Source of the DNA: a virus | Lineage: Duplodnaviria > Caudoviricetes | Virus record (IMG/VR): IMGVR_UViG_3300032216_002178 | Location: 1-32,917 of that record | Reading direction: 5' to 3' (one strand) | DNA length: 32,917 nt | Part shown: piece after piece, positions 27,851 through 32,917 of the stretch | How the letters are laid out: every line of letters starts with the position of its first letter | Position numbering within the stretch: the stretch's first letter is position 1 | The notes under the pieces: generated by a model | What the model was told of the DNA's origin: nothing | Seen by the model: only the letters and a program-made list of their open reading frames with translations | The model's database searches: none | Made by a program: the position numbers and the translations under genes

Positions 27851-27921
27851 TTTGGGTTCGTCTAATGGTCGGACATTCGTTTCCGAAACGAAAAACATAG
27901 GTCCGACTCCTATACCCAAAG
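27851..27921 (+). tRNA. Atypical tRNA, anticodon CCG (nominally Arg) on a Gln-like body
   Basis: TTTGGGT/ACCCAAA acceptor, GTCT/GGAC D stem, TTCGT-TTCCGAA-ACGAA, ATAGG-TCCGACT-CCTAT; TGCTACAAT -10 just upstream. Confidence 0.7.
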
Positions 27922-27936
27922 CTTTAAAAGCAGAAA

Positions 27937-27945
27937 TGGTATACT
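27937..27945 (+). promoter_or_regulatory. Extended -10 promoter, leaderless dps start
   Basis: TGGTATACT with the ATG (27952) at the predicted +1. Confidence 0.6.
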
Positions 27946-27951
27946 AAGATA

Positions 27952-28401
27952 ATGGATCAGATAATAAATTTATTAAAAAAATGGCAGGCAAATTCTGTCG
28001 TATTATATTCAACCGCCCACGGCTTTCATTGGAATGTAGAAGGCCCTCTTTTTACACAATATCATGCTTTTTTCGAAAAAATTTATACCGATATTTATGA
28101 AACAATAGATACTATTTCTGAATTTTTAAGAAAATATGACACACCAGCACCTTATACTTTGATTGATTTCATGGCAAACAATACATACGGGGATGTTCAA
28201 TTAGATAGTAATTCTCCAATTTCAATGTCTAAACAGTTGCTGTCCATGATTGAATCAATGATTTCAGATGTTAAAGTTTTATTTGATGAGGCCACTCTTC
28301 AAAAAGAACAGGGTCTTGCCAACTTTTTGGCAGATAGACAAGATCAGCTTGAGTTCCATGCTTGGTGGCTTAGGTCTTCATTAAAACAAACAATTAATTA
28401 A
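27952..28401 (+). CDS. dps: Dps / ferritin-like DNA protection protein
   Basis: HGFHWNVEGPLF..YH..FE..Y...D..SE ferroxidase signature; C-terminal WWLRS. Confidence 0.92.
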   Translation: MDQIINLLKKWQANSVVLYSTAHGFHWNVEGPLFTQYHAFFEKIYTDIYETIDTISEFLRKYDTPAPYTLIDFMANNTYGDVQLDSNSPISMSKQLLSMIESMISDVKVLFDEATLQKEQGLANFLADRQDQLEFHAWWLRSSLKQTIN

Positions 28402-29069
28402 TGTCAGAGTACGTAATAGTTACGGGTGCCTCTTTTGGTATAGGTAAAAAAACAACACAACTTTTATCTGAAAACGGTTTTAAGGTTATAGCAGTTGCAC
28501 GTAATATAGCAGAATTAAATAAAATAAAATCAGATAATATAGATGTATATCAGCTAGACATAACAAAAGATAATGAAGTTAAACTTTTTGAAAGCTATAT
28601 ATCTGATAAAAAAATAACAGCCTTAATAAATAATGCAGGCGGAGGCTTTGGCGGAGCAGAAGATATTGTTAATGATAACCCAGAACACTGGAGATGGGCC
28701 TATGACTTAAATGTTGTAGGTGCTTTAAATATGACTAGGATTTCTGTTCCTCGAATGTCTGAGGGAGGAAATGTTGTTTTAGTTACGTCTGCATGCGGAC
28801 ATGATGTATATAAGGGCGGAAGCGGATATACTGTAGCAAAGCATGCGGAAGTCGGTCTTGCAAAATTGTTAAGACTTGAATTGCTTAGTAAAAATATAAG
28901 AGTAACTGAAATATCGCCAGGAAATGTAGATTCCAGAGGAGACAGACAGCCTGGAACAGCTTTAAACCCAGAAGATGTTGCTGATGCAATCAGATGGGCT
29001 ATAATGGTACCAAAACATGTAAATGTTGAAAGCATTTCAATATTTCATATTAATAATTTAAGTAGATAA
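28401..29069 (+). CDS. Short-chain dehydrogenase/reductase (YdfG-like)
   Basis: TGASFGIG, NNAG, catalytic YTVAK, ISPGNV. Confidence 0.9.
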   Translation: MSEYVIVTGASFGIGKKTTQLLSENGFKVIAVARNIAELNKIKSDNIDVYQLDITKDNEVKLFESYISDKKITALINNAGGGFGGAEDIVNDNPEHWRWAYDLNVVGALNMTRISVPRMSEGGNVVLVTSACGHDVYKGGSGYTVAKHAEVGLAKLLRLELLSKNIRVTEISPGNVDSRGDRQPGTALNPEDVADAIRWAIMVPKHVNVESISIFHINNLSR

Positions 29070-29081
29070 TAGGAGAATAAA

Positions 29082-29591
29082 ATGGCAGAAGATATAAGAA
29101 ACCCATATGCAGTAAAGGTTTTAGCAGCAGCTAAAAAGTTTGTTGATCAGGGCTACAGAGAAGGCGAAAACAATGACACAATCATGGGTAAATGGTTTGG
29201 ATTAAACCATCAACCTTGGTGTGCAATGTTTGTCTCATACTGTTTTAACGAGGCGGGCTTAGTTGATTTGGTAAAAGCACAGGGACCAAAGGGCTTTGCA
29301 TCATGTAACGCTGGTGTAAAATGGTTTGGTAAGAATGGTCAGCTTGTTCCAGTAGGTCAAGCGCAGCCAGGGGATATTGTATTTTTTAACTTTGATGCTG
29401 ATGCAACAACAGCAGAACATGTAGGAATTGTTTATGCTAATGATCCAGCAAAACATGTTCTTACAACTTTTGAGGGAAATACCAGCGGAGACGTTAAGGG
29501 CTCACAAGCAAATGGAGACGGAGCTTTTAAAAAGTCTCGCAACTACGGATTAATTATGGCAGTTGCTCGTCCAAAGTGGCCAACAAAATAA
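29082..29591 (+). CDS. CHAP-domain peptidoglycan hydrolase (probable endolysin)
   Basis: PWCAMFVS, PGDIVFF, HVGIV, EGNT; SD AGGAG. Confidence 0.88.
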   Translation: MAEDIRNPYAVKVLAAAKKFVDQGYREGENNDTIMGKWFGLNHQPWCAMFVSYCFNEAGLVDLVKAQGPKGFASCNAGVKWFGKNGQLVPVGQAQPGDIVFFNFDADATTAEHVGIVYANDPAKHVLTTFEGNTSGDVKGSQANGDGAFKKSRNYGLIMAVARPKWPTK

Positions 29592-30127
29592 TGAAAAAAG
29601 CAATAGTTTTTGCATTCTTTATTTCTTTAGTGGCGGCTGGTGCAACTGCATCAGCTTCTACTAAAACCACACCAGACTGGGTAATTCAAAATAATAAAGT
29701 AACTCCAGGATCTTTAAATACTTCAGTCACGCAGGCAAACATAGCAACAACTGTATGTAAGTCTGGTTGGACTGCTACAATTAGACCTACAGTTACTTAT
29801 ACAAATAAATTAAAAGCAGAGCAGTTAAAAACAACATATGCTTCTTATGTAGCAATATGGGGTTCTGCCCCTTCTGCATATGAAGAAGATCATTTAATTT
29901 CTCTTCAGTTGGGCGGGAATCCTTCAGATCCAAAAAATCTATGGCCAGAGCCGTACGCTGGAATTGGTGCACGTAAAAAAGATGTTGTAGAGACAGCTTT
30001 AAAGCGACTAGTTTGTGCTGGAACTATTAAGTTAGCGGATGCACAAAAAGCTATATTGAATTGGCCTACAGCATATAAAAAATATGTAACTCCATCTGAT
30101 GTAAAGAATCCAGATAGCACTGATTAA
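29591..30127 (+). CDS. Secreted protein with HNH-like motif
   Basis: Signal peptide MKKAIVFAFFISLVAAGATASA; YEEDHLISLQLGG..D..NLWP; TAATG coupled to the CHAP gene. Confidence 0.7.
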   Translation: MKKAIVFAFFISLVAAGATASASTKTTPDWVIQNNKVTPGSLNTSVTQANIATTVCKSGWTATIRPTVTYTNKLKAEQLKTTYASYVAIWGSAPSAYEEDHLISLQLGGNPSDPKNLWPEPYAGIGARKKDVVETALKRLVCAGTIKLADAQKAILNWPTAYKKYVTPSDVKNPDSTD

Positions 30128-30129
30128 TT

Positions 30130-30759
30130 ATGGAAGTTGATGAGGCAAGAGCAATAATCAAAAAGGCTACTGAAAAAAATACACCAGTAGTGTTTAAAAA
30201 TTTATTTCCAATTGTGCCTAATTGGAGTCAATTTATTAATCATCTTGATTATCAATCAACAAAAAATCCACCGTATGTTTCGGAACCAGAAAAGGGTTAC
30301 GAGGCCATACATGGAATCTTAAAAAAACATAATTTTTATTTACAGGTTAGAGACTCTGTATGTACGCCAATGAGAGCAAAACAATTTTTTCCAGAAGGTG
30401 TGGCGGTAAAAAAATTTTTTGATTCCGTTTATATTGAATCAAGTGGTGGGGGATCTTCTTTTATAAACTTTACTTCTTCAGAACCAGACACCCCTTCTCA
30501 TGCTGATGACTGGGATAACGTGCATTGGCAGTGCATAGGAACTACTATCTGGGAAACAAGAGTAAATCAAGACGATGAAGAGCCAAGCGAAACGTTTATG
30601 TTAGAGCCAGGCGATGTAATTGTAGTCCCCATGGGTGCTCAGCATGCCGTAAAAAGAATAGAACCTAGGGCTGGTATGGTATTTACATATAAAATAAAAA
30701 ATATTGAATACCTAAACGCAACAAAAGAAGATTTAAACTATTCTAGCAAATCCAGCTAA
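30130..30759 (+). CDS. JmjC/cupin-4-like Fe(II) oxygenase
   Basis: SHAD (HxD), G...W, LEPGDVIVVPMGAQH. Confidence 0.75.
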   Translation: MEVDEARAIIKKATEKNTPVVFKNLFPIVPNWSQFINHLDYQSTKNPPYVSEPEKGYEAIHGILKKHNFYLQVRDSVCTPMRAKQFFPEGVAVKKFFDSVYIESSGGGSSFINFTSSEPDTPSHADDWDNVHWQCIGTTIWETRVNQDDEEPSETFMLEPGDVIVVPMGAQHAVKRIEPRAGMVFTYKIKNIEYLNATKEDLNYSSKSS

Positions 30760-31308
30760 ACTATATCTTACTCCGCTGGTAACTGGCTTTACTCCGTGCC
30801 TGTAGATCATATTGGCGGGATGTAAAAGTAAAGCTTTTGCCACTGGTTTAACTTCTATTTTAACTTTAGGATAGTATATTTCCCCTCCATCAAAGTCATC
30901 ATTTAAATAAACTACTACGCCATTTTTAATTGCTGGATCAAGTCCAGAATCATGATGCTCGTGCATCATATCTCCTTGCTCAAACTTATATATACTATAA
31001 AGGTTATCAACTACATATTCTTTATCATAAGTATTTTTAATTTCATCATTACATCTTTTGCGTATTTCGTCTAACAGGGGTTTTGCTTTTGCTAATAAGT
31101 TCGGGGCAAACTCCAAATTTAACATTTGAGTCTTCCAGTTGCCGTATGCTGCATTAATTTCTATGCCTTTAGATTGAATATCATTTTGATACCCAGCCCA
31201 CTCTTCTTGAGTAGCATTGGCCGCAATATCGATTAAAAACCTTGACTCTTCTGCGGTAATAATTTCTTTAATTAATACTATATTTTTATCAATATTGACT
31301 TTTTCCAT
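30733..31308 (-). CDS. 2OG-Fe(II) oxygenase (prolyl-4-hydroxylase-like)
   Basis: EHHD, YLNDDFDGGEI, HGV..VTSGVRY; probable start MEKV at 31308, leaderless after TACAAT; only convincing minus-strand gene. Confidence 0.88.
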   Translation of the reverse strand: MEKVNIDKNIVLIKEIITAEESRFLIDIAANATQEEWAGYQNDIQSKGIEINAAYGNWKTQMLNLEFAPNLLAKAKPLLDEIRKRCNDEIKNTYDKEYVVDNLYSIYKFEQGDMMHEHHDSGLDPAIKNGVVVYLNDDFDGGEIYYPKVKIEVKPVAKALLLHPANMIYRHGVKPVTSGVRYSLAGFARIV

Positions 31309-31364
31309 ACTTCTATTGTACAATATAATAGTACCTTTTACTAGTAGGTGCCTTAAGGATGGTT

Positions 31365-31553
31365 ATGCCAGTATACGAATATAAATGCTGTGAGGATGAT
31401 TCTCATGCAACGCTTTCTGTAACAAGATCTATTTCAGAAGAGGATCCAGGTTATTTTTGTGAAGAATGTGAAGCAAAGATGACACGCTTCTTTACACCTT
31501 TTGGCATTCAGTTTAAAGGTAACGGGTTTTACAAAACAGATAATCCTAAGTAG
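31365..31553 (+). CDS. FmdB-family Zn-ribbon protein
   Basis: MPVYEYKC...CEEC...FKGNGFYKTD. Confidence 0.88.
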   Translation: MPVYEYKCCEDDSHATLSVTRSISEEDPGYFCEECEAKMTRFFTPFGIQFKGNGFYKTDNPK

Positions 31554-31568
31554 TTTAAACTAACATTC

Positions 31569-31577
31569 TGCTATAAT
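31569..31577 (+). promoter_or_regulatory. Extended -10 promoter for the large secreted protein
   Basis: TGCTATAAT; SD AGGAGG at 31608-31613. Confidence 0.6.
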
Positions 31578-31621
31578 TACTAAGTAAGCAAAAATATTGC
31601 ATTACTTAGGAGGGTCATTAG

Positions 31622-32917
31622 TTGACCAGAATTCGTTTATTCGCTACCAGCCTTTTTATAATTGGCTGGCTTTTCCTTTTTGGCCCAAACAATGCATACG
31701 CAGATGAAGTCCCAGCACCAGCCGAACAAGTAGTAGTAAGTCCTGCACAACAAGCGGTTAACACAGCACTTGCTACAGCAACGACAGAGGTTGCACAAGC
31801 AGTTGCAGCTTCAGAGACAGCCACAGCAACAGTTGCAACGGCAGTAACTTTAGTTACAGCATCAAATACAGCAGTAGCAACAGCCAATACCGCAGTAACA
31901 ACAGCAGTGGCAGCGGTGGCAGAAGTTGCAAATACAGCCCCAATAGTTGAAACAGCAACAGTAGTAACGCAAGACGTTACTACTGCAGTTACTGCAGCAA
32001 CTACAGCAGTAGCAGCAATCCCAGTAAACGCTACAACTCAAACACCAGAAGTTGTGGCAGCTCAAGCAGCAGTATCAGCAGCAGTCCCTGTAATTGAATC
32101 AGCAACAGCCACAGTTATAGCCACAGCAACTCCTTTAATGACAACAACTCCTACGACAGTTGAACAGGTTTCTACAGCAATTGCAACAGAGGTTGCTAAA
32201 TCAGAAACAGCTACAGTTTTGGTTCAATCAGCACAAACAGCAATAGATACTGCTACTGCAACAGTTGCTACAGCAACTACGGCGGTGGCAGCAGTAACAC
32301 CTGCACGGACAGAAGCTCAAACACAATTAACTCAAGCAAATATAGCAATTAATAATGCTCAAGATGCGGTAAATGCATTAGCTGCAACAATTGGAGCATC
32401 AACAAATGTATTAGCAAACACAGACGATGCTGGTGTTCGCATGAACCTTCCATTTAATTTACGAATGGGTAACACTGTTTATAATAATGTTTATGTAGGA
32501 TCTAATGGAACAATTATGTTTGGAGTAAATGAAGGACAAAATTATTATTCTACTCCAACCGCCCCATCAATTTCTGTAGCAGGATATGACTGGACTACTT
32601 GGAGCAATGGCTCTGGTGTTACCTATTCAACAACAACAAATACCCTTACTGTTGCCTGGGATGTGCGTCCATACCCTCAAATGACTGCAGATACTCAAAT
32701 GACACAAATTAGATTTAATGCTGATGTAAACCCAACAGACGGTGCATGGGTAGCAGATGTAAGTGTTACTGGGCCTATTCCAAATGGTGCTCGTTTTAAT
32801 ACTAGATCAAGCACTAATGGAACAATTACTCCTATTACTGATACAAATTCTGGACCTGGATTTAATGGAACTATTAGTCAAGGTGCATCATTTACACCTA
32901 CACCAGATCCTTCAACA
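31622..32917 (+). CDS. Large secreted Ala/Thr/Val-rich protein with NIDO-like segment, 3'-truncated (not in ORF track)
   Basis: TTG start after AGGAGG; signal peptide MTRIRLFATSLFIIGWLFLFGPNNAYA; about 230 aa A/T/V-rich stalk; DD..LPF...G..Y..VYVGSNG.I.FG; frame open to the window end. Confidence 0.8.
   Translation, partial: MTRIRLFATSLFIIGWLFLFGPNNAYADEVPAPAEQVVVSPAQQAVNTALATATTEVAQAVAASETATATVATAVTLVTASNTAVATANTAVTTAVAAVAEVANTAPIVETATVVTQDVTTAVTAATTAVAAIPVNATTQTPEVVAAQAAVSAAVPVIESATATVIATATPLMTTTPTTVEQVSTAIATEVAKSETATVLVQSAQTAIDTATATVATATTAVAAVTPARTEAQTQLTQANIAINNAQDAVNALAATIGASTNVLANTDDAGVRMNLPFNLRMGNTVYNNVYVGSNGTIMFGVNEGQNYYSTPTAPSISVAGYDWTTWSNGSGVTYSTTTNTLTVAWDVRPYPQMTADTQMTQIRFNADVNPTDGAWVADVSVTGPIPNGARFNTRSSTNGTITPITDTNSGPGFNGTISQGASFTPTPDPST

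Noticed and set aside
27762-27947. 61-aa ORF in the track
   Set aside because: It overlaps tRNA-Lys and the CCG tRNA, so it is a shadow ORF
4029-30120. Numerous short track ORFs nested in or antisense to long genes (e.g. 4029-, 4875-, 6861-, 12278+, 14636+, 24136-, 28700-, 29905-)
   Set aside because: They lie over well-supported genes and show no recognisable motifs
31618-32065. Minus-strand Ala/Val-rich and Cys-rich ORFs (possible metallothionein or RiPP precursor)
   Set aside because: They are antisense shadows of the GCA/ACA/GTA codon repeats in the + strand secreted protein, which has an SD and a signal peptide
31740-32400. Repetitive GCA/ACA-rich DNA as a possible tandem repeat or CRISPR array
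   Set aside because: There is no fixed repeat unit or spacer pattern; low-complexity protein coding explains it
1-32917. Alternative genetic code or stop-codon readthrough
   Set aside because: Core genes are intact under code 11, TAA/TGA/TAG all end genes at coupled junctions, and there is no suppressor tRNA
1-32917. Bacterial chromosome or integrated prophage origin (given dnaE, recA, dps, SDR)
   Set aside because: Terminase, tail fibre, phage-type SSB, tight coupling and interspersed tRNAs indicate a phage; no integrase, att site or host flank is visible in this window

Overview
AT-rich (roughly one-third GC by eye), densely packed and almost entirely + strand segment of a large tailed phage genome. 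The gene order and several leaderless starts suggest an actinobacterial host (inference). From left to right: (1) end of a tail module, including a fibre with FN3-like and S74 chaperone domains; (2) metallophosphoesterase and small Zn/HTH proteins; (3) a self-contained replication/recombination block (DnaB, primase, SSB, DnaE, MazG-like, RecA, Hjc-like, Cas4-like, RuvC-like); (4) terminase small and large subunits; (5) an accessory island with a NodU/CmcH-type carbamoyltransferase, an unannotated translationally coupled 27-aa peptide ending in FIY and four SGNH-like proteins; (6) four tRNAs, one atypical; (7) Dps, an SDR, a CHAP endolysin, a secreted HNH-like protein and the start of a large secreted Ala/Thr-rich protein. 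Four Fe(II)/2OG-type oxygenases are scattered through the window. The best candidate for an undescribed system is the carbamoyltransferase + FIY peptide + SGNH module, which resembles the logic of the DltX/DltD acyl relay. All family calls come from motif recognition only; no database searches were run.
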